From: Eledone cirrhosa
Taxonomy: Eukaryota
NCBI GenBank assembly: GCA_964016885.1
Contig: OZ024740.1
Location: 321,036,001-321,100,000 of the forward strand
Reading direction: 5' to 3'
DNA: 64,000 bases
The notes under the pieces were generated by a model, which searched no databases, had not been told where the DNA came from, and worked only from the letters and a program-made list of their open reading frames with translations. This document shows, piece after piece, positions 42,001-55,595 of the stretch. Positions within the stretch are counted from its first letter, which is position 1; the number at the start of each line of letters is the position of its first letter. Both the position numbers and the translations under genes were made by a program.

Positions 42001-45000
42001 CCACTTAATCTTTCCACTTAGCCCCTGAATTCCAACTTCCTTGTCCAACCATGCCAGCATAGTAAGCTAGGTGTACTCCACAGAATTGCCAATCATCACT
42101 CACTCCCATTATGGCTACCAGGAGTTACTTTGTATATTTTTCTCTTCTCCAAATTGTAGTGCTGACTTCATAGATGAAGATAATGTTATTAAGGGCCTCT
42201 GTTCTTATGTTTGTCCATGGAATTGTGAGAAACCAGAGGAAAAGTCAGAAGGTGAGCAAATGTATAGAAATCTTTGCAATGTTTTGAGAATTCATTTGTA
42301 TTTTTTTAGTTTTGATCCATTTGATACCAAACTAACCCTGGTTCTGTGACACATCATCATCATCATCATCATTTAACACCTGCTTTCTCTGCTAACAAGG
42401 GTTTACTTTAATTGTCATCATCATTTTATATCTATTTTCTCTGCTAGCATAAGTTCGGTGGGTTGTCATGGTCTGAGACAATTCATGGTCGAATAACCGT
42501 GTCTTGCTTATATGTTCTATATTTTGGCATAATTTCTACAGCTGGATGCTATTCCTAACACTAACCACTTTACAGAGTGTACTGGGTGCATTTTGAGGTG
42601 CCAGCACTTTAGAACAAGGCATGGTCACCTGACCTGACATTGCCCACAACAGGACAACAATGCAGAGATGATGATGTATTCACTTTTTATTGGAGTTCAA
42701 AACAGTGGATGATAGATAACATAATTGTTTCTACTTTTGGCACAAGGCCAGCAATTACCCAGTACATTACTGGTACTTTATTTTATCGACCCTGTAAGGA
42801 TGAAAGGCAAAGTTAACCTCGGCGAGATTTGAACTCAGATCATAAAGGGACGCAACTCTATGCTTCAAAGCATGGCGTCCGACAATGTAATAAAAACGTT
42901 GATACGCGTGCCTACTTGTCTCAAGCAGGAAACGAGAATTATTTTGAGAAGACACCCCATAAAAATTTGAATGCAATCTGGGGTTCAAGAAAAATCAAAA
43001 TGGATTGAAAGGTAAAAAAACACCAAATAAAAACATACAGAGTCAAGTAAGATCGATGAAGTCTACCTATGTTGAAAATATGGCCATCACTCCCATAATT
43101 TTTTGATGAGTCATCAAATAGTGGACTTGGGGAAGAAGCCATTTCACTGTCACTGTTAGCAGTAGGAAGACTGGAAAGGAGAACCTGTGATAGAGCCTAG
43201 TGGGATCAGATCCATAATGAGATCATTCTTTGGCTGGGATCCAGCCAAATTATCTTCCAAATTCTGATACTTGTCTAAAAATCATTCCATCATATGTTTA
43301 TATAAGAACCTTTATGTTCACAAACTTAATAATGAGAACATTTGTTACATTACTAAATATTTCCAAATAATCTGAAAATTATAGACAGTGTATCTCATTA
43401 GAAATATGGCAGTGTTAATTATCTTAAAACAACATTCCAAATATTTTTTTTTTAAATAAAAATAATTGTTTCTACTTTAGGCACAAGGCCAGCAATTACC
43501 CAGTGCATTACTGGTACTTTATTTTATCGACCCCGTAAGGATGAAAGGCAAAGTCAACCTCGGCGGGATTTGAACTCAGATCGTAAAGGGACGTAACTAT
43601 GCTGGAAAGCATGGCGTCCGACCCTCTACCGATACTGCCAATCCACCGCCCTTTTTTAAATAAAAATAATATTAGATTCTTTGTCTTTTTAGTTGTACTG
43701 ACTGAACAGGAAAAATATACTTTGACTAAACTACCCAAGAAGCAATGTATCCTTGAAACATAACTGTCTACTGTTGTTGTTCATAACTTTCTATTATTAT
43801 GTTAAACTGTGATAAATTATCCTTTTTCAGTTGTGCATTCATTGTAGTGATAACATATATATTTCCCTGACTCATAGAGTCAACAGTTAGCTTTGAATTT
43901 TGTACAATTAAGTTGATGAGAATGATATCTTGAGGAATTTACTATTAAATATCCTAACCCTATCATTATTATTTTACTTCCACTTTTCATGTTAAAATGT
44001 GTTGCATAGGTTGTCATGGTTTAAGACTAGACAGTCCAAAGGGACCATGTCTTGCTCACAAGTTCTATATTTGGCATGATTTCTACAGCTGGATACTCTT
44101 CTTAATGCCAACCATATTACAGAGTGAACTGGGTGCATTCTATCATGGCATGAACACTACCATTTTACTGAGTGTACTGGTTGTATTTTATTGTGGCAAG
44201 AATATTAGAAAGGTTGTTGAAACCAACACTATAATTAACCATGTGACAAGTATAAACTTTAGTTGTCTCATAATCCATTGTACTGATACTTTTGGCTGTT
44301 GATTGTAAAGTGAGGTTGTGAGATGTAGTAAATGTTAATGTCTATAGTGTCTTGTGGAGGCACGTGGCCTAGTGGTAAGGGTGTTGGACTTATGCTCATA
44401 ATGTTGTGGCCTCGATTCCTGGGTTGCGTGTTGTGTTCTAGAGCAAAACACTTCATTTCACATTGCTCCAGTATACTCAGCTGAAAATGAGTACCAGCAA
44501 TAGCTGGAGGTTTAACCCTGCGATGGACTGGCGCCCTGTCCAGAGGAGAGTCTTGTACTCTGTCGCTTCACGCCATGAAACCGGGATAAGCACCGGCCAA
44601 ATGAGCCTTCTGGCTTAATACAGACTTTAGACTTTTTATAGTGTCTTACTTTACATTTTTTCTGTCTACTTGATCTTCAAATTAAGTAGCAATGGAGGAT
44701 TGAAGTAAGGAATTTGTTACTGGTTTACCTCATTTTGGATAGTAAATTTTGATCCAACTAAATCAGTTGTTATTATGGCTCATACATATGTAGCTTTAAC
44801 AAGCCTCTTATGATGCTGCATCTCATAGATTTCTTGAGTGTTTTAATGATAGAGGCTTCCGTCTTGATTTATGTGTACACTGTAAAGTGGTTGTACTGGT
44901 GCCATGATGAAAATCATCCAATCCACCCTATAAAGTGGTGGTGCCATGAAAGGCAAACCAAAAAATAGACTGTATGAGCAAGACATGGTCACCTGGCCTG

Positions 45001-48000
45001 GTTAGCCTCATAATGTGACAATCTGTCTAACCTATGCAAGTATAAGATATATTGTTATGATGATGTTATGACTCGTACCTGAATAGATTCAGCCAACCTC
45101 CTTGAGGCTGCATCACAGAGGAGGTTTCTTGGGTGTTTTAACAATATCAGTCTTTAAACAGTAAGTCAAGATTTTATCCAACAAAACCTAATTTTTTTTT
45201 CTTATATCCTTACTAGAGGCAACATGACCACTCATATTTGTAAGTCATATGTTCAAATCTGTTGTTGGTCTTAATTATTGTCACATTTACCTGTCTCTTA
45301 AAAACAAGTTGTAATTCATCTGGGAATCATCATTGTTCTCCATGCTGGTATTATCTATAATAGATTGGCAACCTACCCAGGAGAAGCAGTATATTTTCGC
45401 CACTTCATTAATAAGTCAATAATAATATTGTTGTTTAATAATTCCTTATCAACCTTCAGATCTTTTAGATAATCCAAAGGATTTAACTTCTGTTTACTTG
45501 GGTCTTGTCGACATTCTTTTTGCATATTCATATGATGTTCACACAACCGAAGGAGAGAAAACTGTAAGTTTTTAACATATATACATCCCAGCATCTATCC
45601 CTGAAGGACGAGCTACCTTTCCTACATCTTTAGCATTTACATTATTCTATATATATACTGTTGTAGTTTCGTGGTAAAGGTTTTATCTCACATACTTATG
45701 TCATATAATATCGAATCTATGAGAGTTTGATATTATTTACTTTGAGAATAATACTTTAACATCAGTATGAGTGGTTGGTTATGGTCAGTTTGAACAGAAA
45801 GAGGTGAGTGAATTCTGGCCAGATATGGTTGGTTTAAATGCTAAAGAGTTAATTGATCTTTCAATCATATAGTTGTCAACTTCAATGCCATGTCTTATTG
45901 TTTTGGGGCCTACTTGCAGTAGAACCACTCTCTCCAATTCATTTTCCTCATTTAACTCTTTAGTTAGCAACCCAACCAAAACTGGTTCTATGAAATGAAA
46001 CACCCATTTTAAAGGTTTCCAATTTAAATTTAAATTTTCGAACATAAAGAATCTGACATTAAGATATTATCTTAGTAATGAAATAATTAAGAATTTTAGT
46101 AAACCCCTCAAAACTCTTCATTAATTAATGAAAATAGAGTGTATTTCATCAGAAATACAATCATGAAAGGGTTAACAACCTTTTATTGTAACATTTGCAA
46201 GCCTCTTTCTCCTTGATCACAGTGAGGATATGTGCTTTGCTATTATTCCATTAAGTTGCCATGTCCCCCAACAGCATTTTGGTTCACACCAAACACCGTT
46301 TTACAATCTGAAACACTTTCCACCTTTGAATCGTCCATCATAATACATAGGCAAACTCCTTGTTTTTAGCTTCTCTCTGACTGACCCCTTCCTACTCAAT
46401 ATTGAGTTTGATTCTTGGCAACACCTTGTGTCCTTGAGCAAGCTGCTTTATTTCCCGTTGATTCCGTCCATTCAAATGGAAAAAAATAAGTTGTACCTGT
46501 ATTTGAAAGGGCCAGCCTTGTCATGCTGAATCTCCCTGAGAACTACGTTTATGGCACGTGTCTGTGGAATGCTGAGTCACTTGCATGTTAATTTCACAAG
46601 CAAGCTGTTCTTTTGTACGAACAACTGGAACACTCGTCATTATAACTGACAGAGGTCCAACAACATATCTTATTGTTTAATCACATCTTGTATATAGATT
46701 TGTTTAAAACCACATCTGGTATATATATCTGTTTAATCACATACATATATATATATATATATTATTGTTTAATCACATCTGTTATTTATATGTGTTTAAT
46801 CACATCTGGTATATATATATATATCTTATTATTTAATCATAGTTTGTACATAAATCTTCTTTAATCTGTTTATTATGAAAACCCACTAAAATATTATATT
46901 TCAGGTAGAATCTGGTTGGACTGTAGCCAAATTGAGTTCTACATTAAGTTGCTTTGAAGTAAGTTGATATTTTCTTTCTTAGCATGGTTTTTCTAAAAAG
47001 GGCACAAGACCACCAATTTTTGGGGAGGGGATAGTCGATTAAATTGGCTCCAGTATTTAACTGATACTTTATTTTATTGACGCAGAAAGGATGAAAGGCA
47101 AAGTTGGTCTTGGCAGGATTTGAACTCAGAAGGAAAGAGCTATAAGCAAATACTACAAAACATTTTGCCCAGCATTCTAATGATTCTGTCAATCCACTGC
47201 CCTCAGATTTTAATAATAATTGTTGGTAAAAAGCGGCCAGTCCACACTGTAAAGGTGGTTGCCGTTAAGAAGGGCATCAAGCTCTAGAAACCAAGCCCAA
47301 ATCCGTACTGTATGAAGAAGATACAGTCATCTGATCTGGTATGTCTCCCAATGGGACAACTCGTCTAACTCATGCTAGCATGGAAAAATGAATGTTAAAT
47401 GGTGACGACGATGATTATGATGATTGCAGAACCCACTTTGGGAACCACTGATCTACATAAACTAATTGAATTTAATAATTTCTTTTATTTAAAATCAAGA
47501 AGATACTGCATTTTTTTGTTGTTTAACTGTGATAACTACTATAGCAAAGTGATGAGTGGGTTTTTTTTTTTTAAATCTCCTCAAATAAATATCCAATAAG
47601 CCAGACACAGTTCCCTGGCCTGTCTGGGAGATCTGTAGCCCCACTTCAGTACTGACTTGGTCTATGTAGACCTGTCCAAATCATGCTAGCATGGAAAGTG
47701 GACATTAAAGCAACAATGTAGATATTTACATATATTTTAAGAAGCTGTGGTCTTTTATTTTGGATGTACATTTACTGCACCTTATGTTTTGGTATACCTT
47801 TTATTTAATGCAGTTTTAACTTGAAGCAGTTGAAATTTATTCAAAAGTAAATTTTTGTTTAACAGACTTTTGTCACAGTTAGCTGATCATGTAGTAGTGA
47901 TGGTGGTCATTGTCTTTAGACAAATATCACAGATGTGGGTTAATTTATGATCAGTGTTTTATTTTATGATCCCTGGAGAGTGGCAGGGTAGAGGACAACT

Positions 48001-48563
48001 TAAATCTAGAACTATAAGTCATCAAAGGTGGTGGAGTGGCTATAAAAGCTAGGCAAGTAACCTAAGGTATTCGTATTTAAGTTTTTTATCTGTTCCAGCC
48101 CATGAGCTATGTCCATGCTGGGGCACCACTATTAAATCTAATAGTCCTCTTACTTCATAGTTGTTGTTACCGTAGACTCAGCTATCAAAACACTTAACAG
48201 TTTGAAACTGCCCCTCATTCTATGATACAAAACTTTAATTTTAAAATGTTTACATTTATCTAAAAACCTTCCGTCATAACTTTATGTTCCAAAATTTTGT
48301 TAAGTTATGTTCCAAACATTTCCAGACATTCACCAATTTAAAAGATGTTATAATTGCCTCTTTCCGACGCAGTCTGTCTTATCCACTCTATCGAAACTGG
48401 CAGCTATCCCTAGCTGTTCTCTCTGATGTTCAATCTATATTTAATATTGGTAAGTATAAAATCATGTATATCATGTTTGGTTGATTGCTTTGATGAACCA
48501 ACTCTGATTATTGAAACAAATATATATATAGATACATATATAAATATACATACAAACATAAAC

Positions 48564-48601
<38 letters not shown>

Positions 48602-48869
48602 TCTTACTTGACATTACAGTCGCTAAGTTTATAGCTTCTAATTTGAATGGAAAAAGACGGGTGATGTGTTGGTGTAAATGGTAGCACAGTGGTCCGGATA
48701 ACCAAAGATGTGGGTTCGACTCCCATGTACGTCAATACTCATCTTTTTCCATTTCTCCGAGGGTTCTTAACCCCACTATCAGGCTAAATAATTTCTTTAG
48801 TCCAAATACGGCGATAGCTTACATTTCTAATAATTTCAAACCAACTCGCTGTTTCGAAAATATTCTTAC

Positions 48870-48932
<63 letters not shown>

Positions 48933-51900
48933 TACATATATAAATATACATAAAAACACAAACGTATGTGTGTGTATATATATATATACATACATCAACA
49001 CTATTGGACTCTGTATTATCAAACTCAACTGTAGAATAGCTCAACTCTGTCTAGCTTGGCTTGGCTTAGCTTAGCTTAGCTCTGTCCAGCTTGGTTTGCC
49101 TTAACTCAACTCTGTCTAGCTTGGTCCAACTTGACTTGCCTTGGTTCTACTCAGCTCTGTCCAGCTCGACTTGGCTTAGCTTAACTTAGCTCTGTCCAGC
49201 TCAACTTGGTTCAGCTCAACTTAGCTCTGTCCAAACTTGGTTTGGTTTGTCTTAGCTTAGCTCTGGGAACCAAGATCGGATCTTGGATCTGATGCCTGTA
49301 TTATTAGTCAACACTATCAGACTGCCTGTATTATCGGATCTGATCTGATCTGATCATCATCATCATCATCATCGTTTAACGTTCATCTTCCACGCTTGCA
49401 TGGGTTTGGACGGGTGTTTTCCCACTTGAGGCAAAATTGGTTGTCTTGCTTGTGTAGGACTGTCTGGCAGGTTTTCTACGGCTGGATGCCCTTCCTAACA
49501 CCAACCACGTTTACAGTGTGGACTGGGAGGTTTTTACCGTGTTGCCTACACAGCCACATTACAGCGTGGACTGTGTGTTTTTTTTTTGTGACACCTACAC
49601 GACCTCATTTATTCCGGACTGGATGTTGTGGTACCAACATAACTTTACATTGAAAGGGGCGGTGTGGATGGGGTGGGACGGGGGTGTATTTTTGTTAGAG
49701 ATGCCTACTGACTAGGTTTCGCTTTGTACTTAGGCAAGGCGGGTCTTCTGTATTACTGTGTAGCGCCAAAGATCTCGGTCCAGTGACATTGTCTTGGAGA
49801 GGTGTAAGTGTGTGAGGTCGGAATTTATCAAGTCGTCCCAGGTTTTTCATGGAGAGATGAGAAAATAGGATTCGTACATTACATTACATTTCACAGAAGA
49901 TCGAGCAAGCGATGTCGCCAAGAATATGGGTCGACAAATTCTGAGTTTCGTACCCCGCAACAGTTTATTTTATGTTTGAAGAGAGAGGGGATGGGATTGA
50001 AAGAGAGCCAGCAGGCAAGTATACAATGTATGTGGGGCGGGGGGAGAATAGTAGGGAGCGAGAAGGTTACTTTATGAAATCCTAGAATTTCGACCATATA
50101 AAAATCAAAATCGAGAGAGGTTTATAGAATAAAATCCACAAATTTTTGGCCATAATTGGACGAGCATTTAACTAGGGTAGTTAGCGAGAAGGTTATAAAA
50201 TAAAATCCACGAAATTTTGGCCATAATCGAACGAGCATATAACTGTAATAAGGGAAGATTTGTGGGATTTTAAAATGCAAGAAGATTATTTGTATGATCA
50301 GACAGAATTATCAAATAACATTGAAAAAGAAAAAAGTGATGTCTGTATTATTAGTCAACACTATCAAACTGCCTGTATTATCTGACCTGATATCTCTGTC
50401 ATTAGTCAACACTATCTGACTGACTGCATTATCGGATCTGATGTCTATTATTAGTCAACACTATCAGGTTGCCTATATTATCGGAACTGGATCTGCTGTC
50501 TGTATTAATATTCAATGCTATCAGACTGCCTGTATTATCGAATCTGATGTCTATTATTAATCAACACTATTAGATTGCCTGTATTATCAGATCTGATGTC
50601 TGTATTATTAGTCAACACTATCAGACTAACTGTATTATTCTGATCTGGGATCGGATTTGATGTCTCTATTATTAGTCAAGACTATCAGACTTCCTGTATT
50701 ATCGGATCTGATGTCCATATTATTAGTTAACATTATCAGACTGCCTCTATTATCAGATCTGAGAGAGGGATAGCACCAAGAAAAGAGATTACATAGAGAA
50801 AGGGAACGTCATTTGTTTAGAGAATGTGTGACAGAAAGAGGGAGAAGACGACATCACTCTCATCTAATATATATAATTGATGTAAATAAAGTTATTTTAC
50901 TGTTTTGTTTAGGTCAACTGCAAATTCTCAAGTGTCTGCTTGAAATAAAGGAACTGATGCAGGAATATAATCTTAACCACATTCTTAACGATCTCTACGT
51001 TATAGACTATTGTGTTTGGATACAAACTGTATGGTAAGTTAGTTATTTCTCTTCGTTGTAGACTGCATAGTGATATGACCAGTTGTCTCCCCTTCAGCCA
51101 GGGGCCAGAAAATTGTGAATGGGTTTGAACTGGAGAGAGGACTTGGGAAGTTTCCACACTTAGTGGATGTGGGAGCATGAGAGATGAGATGTTAGAGCAA
51201 ACGAGTTTGTATGTGTGTGTTTACACAGCTGGATTTGAAGGGGAGGTACACAGTGCGTGTAGTGGCTCTATAGTTGTAGTACTACCACTACTTCAGTTTG
51301 TAAATAGGAAGATACTGCAATGATTTTAGTGGTTTTGGCCAAAAAATCATGAAAACTTTTGATCATTCTATCTCTCTATATATATATCTTATCAGCATGA
51401 AACATCCATTCTTCTCTGCTTGCAAGAGTTGGAAGTGTCATCACAAACCAACACTTTACTTAAGCAGAACTATTGGCTTCTCAGTCAGGCCAGGCACCCA
51501 TTTACATACATTTCTGCAGTCCTACAGAGTGCACTGGGTGCATTTTAACCCTACTTTAATATATATGTTTGTAAATGTATAATCAAGGATATTCAGAGAT
51601 GATATTGTGGTAATACAGATTCATGTTACCCTGTCTAATCTTAATTTTGATATCTTTTTTTCCCCAGTTCTAATCAACTGAGATCTCTGGCTAATGAATT
51701 ATCAAAGGTAAATATTTAAATCTAATTCTAAATATTGATTGATCTCCTTGTTTCAATGTATATAACCACACTACATTAGTCTCTGTATGTATATACATAT
51801 ATAAGTGCCTAGTCCACACTGTAAATGTAGTTGGTGTTAAGGTCATCCAGCTGTAGAAACCAAGCCAGAAACAGTTCTGTATGAGCAAGACACAGTCATC

Positions 51901-54900
51901 TGACCTAGTTTGTCTCACAATGGGACAAACATCTAACTCGTGCTAGCATGGAAAAATGGATGTTAAATGATGATGATCTACAATGCATTACAGTGTACAT
52001 CGGTATAAGCTCAGATATATGCGGAATGGAGGGTGGTAACAATTATAAAATGGGGTATAGATATATTTGAGGTTAATGGCTAGTTCCCTTAATTAATTTT
52101 CATTTAGTAAATGTTCCAATTGATTTGTTCCAGAAGTTACAGATTCCATGTGACGTGTCAACATTTCATACTGCTTATTAAGTAATTGCTGGTACATTAA
52201 GATGACTATTGAAGTGTAGGTTACATTGAGTTTTATCACTTAAAAGGAAAATGATGGTGGATTGGCAGTATTGGTAGAGCACTGGACATTCTTTGCAGCA
52301 TATGGTTATGGCTCTTTATAATCTGAGCTCAAATCCTGCCGAGGTCGATAAATTAAAGTACCAGTAACATACTGGGGTTGTTTTAATTGACTTTCGCCTT
52401 CCCTTCAAATTGCTAGCCTTGTGCCAAAAGTCAAAACTTCAATCATTTCTTACAATAAAGACCTGTTATATTCGAAAGATGGTGCTTTTGTTGGCTGCTG
52501 TAAGGAAGTTAACAAATACTTGAGAAACTTGTTGAAACTTTATATAATGGATGAAGTAGTAAAAAGTCATTATGTGATGGAGTTGCAAAACAAAAACTGT
52601 ACTCTAAAAACTTCATAAAAGTAATCTCCAGCTGAGAGGCTGGAACACAATAGAATAATATAATGAATAGAAATTTACAAAACCACATCTAATCATGTTC
52701 ATTGGGTGTCATGGTTTATGAGTGTGTACACCACATTATAACCTGTCACCAGGTGGGTTATTCCTCAATATAGCTCGACTCTGGATTCAATGCCTTTATT
52801 TCTTAGTGTTATCATCATCATCATCATTTTACGTCCGCTTTTCCCTGCTTGCAAGGGTGGGACGGGTCTTATTCAGCACAGCATCTCCCCACTTGTCACG
52901 GTCCTTCGTCATCACCGTGAGCTTCAGCGATCTGAGGTCTGTTCTCACCACCTCCGCCCATGTTTTTCGTGGTCTACCTCTACCACGTCTTCCTTCAACT
53001 GGCATTTCTTCACCCATCGGTCATCCTCCATGCGCATCACATGTCCATACCACCTCAGTCTCCTCTCTCGCACACTACATTCTATCCCACTCGGACAGTT
53101 TCTCTTTCAACACATTTATGCTGGGTCATTCACGCACATCCAACGGAGCATGCTTGCCTCATTTCTCTCCAGCCGTCGCATATCCTCTGCAGTTGCTGCC
53201 CATGTCTCACTACCATGCAGCATCGCGCTCCTCACGCAGGCATCATATAACCGGCCTTTCGTATGCAGGGAGAAACCCTTCTTTGTCAGCAGAGGAAGCA
53301 GCTCCCTAAACTTCTTCCAACCCATCCTTATTCTTGATACTATGGTCTCGGAACACCCACTCCCATGCTAATCTGATCTCCTAGGGACCGGAAGCTATCC
53401 ATCACTTCTATAGCACCCGCCTACATTTGAAAAATGTGTCTATCAACACTGTCTAATTTCCCTGTACATCTACTGCATACGTATTTCTCCCTACCTGTTA
53501 GTTTGCCTGCTATCCCACTACAGCTCTTGTGTACCCAGGATCTGCATTGTATGCATTTTATAGAATTTATGCCAGTTCCTTTTCTGCATATCGAACATGG
53601 CCATTTCCCTGACGGAATCAGAGTTTTGTCCTCTTTTCTACTCATCAACACTTTTTTCTTAGCTAGGTTCACTCTCAGTCCTCTTGCTTCCAACTGCTGT
53701 TTCCATAGTCAGAATTTATTCTCTAGCTCCTCTACTGATTCTTCTATAAGAACCAGATCGTCAGCATAGAGAAGTTCCCATGACAGTCAGTCTTAAACTC
53801 CTCTGTTATGGCTTGGAGGACTATGATGAACAAGAGCGGGCTGAGGACCAAACCTTGATGTACTCCTACTTGTATCTGGAATTCCTCACTAAACTCCATT
53901 CCTACCCTGACTTTACTGACTACCTCTGTACAAAGTTTGCACTGTCCTAACGAGCCATTCTTCAACACCTAGTTTCCTTAGGGACCACCAGATGACAGAG
54001 CCTTCTCTAGGTCAACAAAGGCTAAGAATAGTGGTTTATTCTTCTCTAAGAACCTCTCTTGTAATTCTCACCAAGAAGAGGGCATCTGTTGTACTTTTCC
54101 CAGGCACAAAACCAAACTGCATCTCATCTAGTTTGACCCTTTCTCTAATTAGTTGTGCTATCTTTTCTGCCACTTTCATAACCTGATCCATCAGTTTTAT
54201 ACTCCTATAATTGCTCCTCTCCAGAGCATCCCCATTACCTTTTGTAGCAATTTATCAGAATACTGCTGCACCAGTCTTTGGGTATGACACCACCATATAT
54301 AGCCTGATTGATGATGCGTGCAACCAGTTTAGTGCCTACGTCCCCTGATGCCTTCAGCATCTATCCCCGACGGTCCAGCAGCCTTACCATTTTTCATTTC
54401 CTTAATCGCCTCTTGGACCCTATATTCGTCAATCTCAATAGCTGGACCCTCTGAGGGTAATTTCTCTCTCTCCCATTCGTTCTCCACATTCATCAGTCTC
54501 TCATAATGACATTTCCAGGCCTCCTTTTTCTGATCATTCATGATACCAAGTACACCGGCATCATTCTGGACACATTTATCTCCAACAACATCTGATTTGC
54601 ATTGACACACTGCCTTGCAATATGGAACACCGCACGTTTCTGATCTTCCCGTCGCAGAACATTGGCAAACCTCCTACTCTCAGCCTCCCTGCATGCTAAG
54701 TACACCAGACGTCTAGCTTATCTCTTAGCAGCTGTATATCCTTCTCTACTCCCACCCTTTTTCCAAGCCTTCCATGCTAGTCTTTTGTCTCTAATGGCCT
54801 TATCTACTGTGCTGTTCCACCACCGGGTCACTTTTTGTCTGGTTGGAGTTCTGCTCCAGCCACAAGTTTCATCAGTAGCCTGCAGTAAGTTGTCACGTAA

Positions 54901-55564
54901 GAAATTCCAGTTATTATCTATGTCATACGTCTCTAAATCGTCTTCTTTTTCGTCATACACATCTTGAAGGGCTTTCCTAAATTTGTATTTTAGTGAAAGG
55001 TCTTTTAGCTTCCAGACCTTCCTGTATGTCTCATTCCATCTCTTGCTTACTGAGATATCACTAACGACTAACCTATGCTGTGGGGTACATTCTTCCCCAG
55101 GGTATGCCTTGGTATGTGACACCATATGCCTGTCCCGCTGCCTAACTAGTAAGAAGTCAATCTGGCTCATGTGCTCGCCCGATTTGTAGGTTATTGGGTG
55201 GTTGGCAGGTTTCTGGAAGTTAGTGTTGCAAATAGTCAGTGTACACATCCACGTCTTCTCTCCAGCATCTCCACTATTTCAGCAGATCTACCTGAGAGAG
55301 TGCCAACATTAAGTGTTGCAACGTCTTCATATTTTTGTTGTTATATACTTGTTGGTGTGCTTATAATCATTTTGGCATTGATACACTGGTTGGATGCCCT
55401 TCCTAACACCAGAGCCACTTTACAGCATGTACTGGGTGCTTTTATTTGTGCCACCAGCATTAGAGAGGATATCTTACTGGATTCATGGGCCCTCTCTACC
55501 CCTCCATTTTACAGCATGGTCATAAAACTCCCCCCCAAAAAACACCGCTTATTGACACTCACGG

Positions 55565-55595
<31 letters not shown>

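Noticed and set aside
48663-48734. Functional tRNA-Ser(GGA)
   Set aside because: C33, T37, a short variable arm and many G-U pairs. A GGA anticodon is also atypical in eukaryotes.
52722-53769. Long plus-strand ORFs (195, 193 and 111 aa)
   Set aside because: They are antisense shadows of the RTE LINE.
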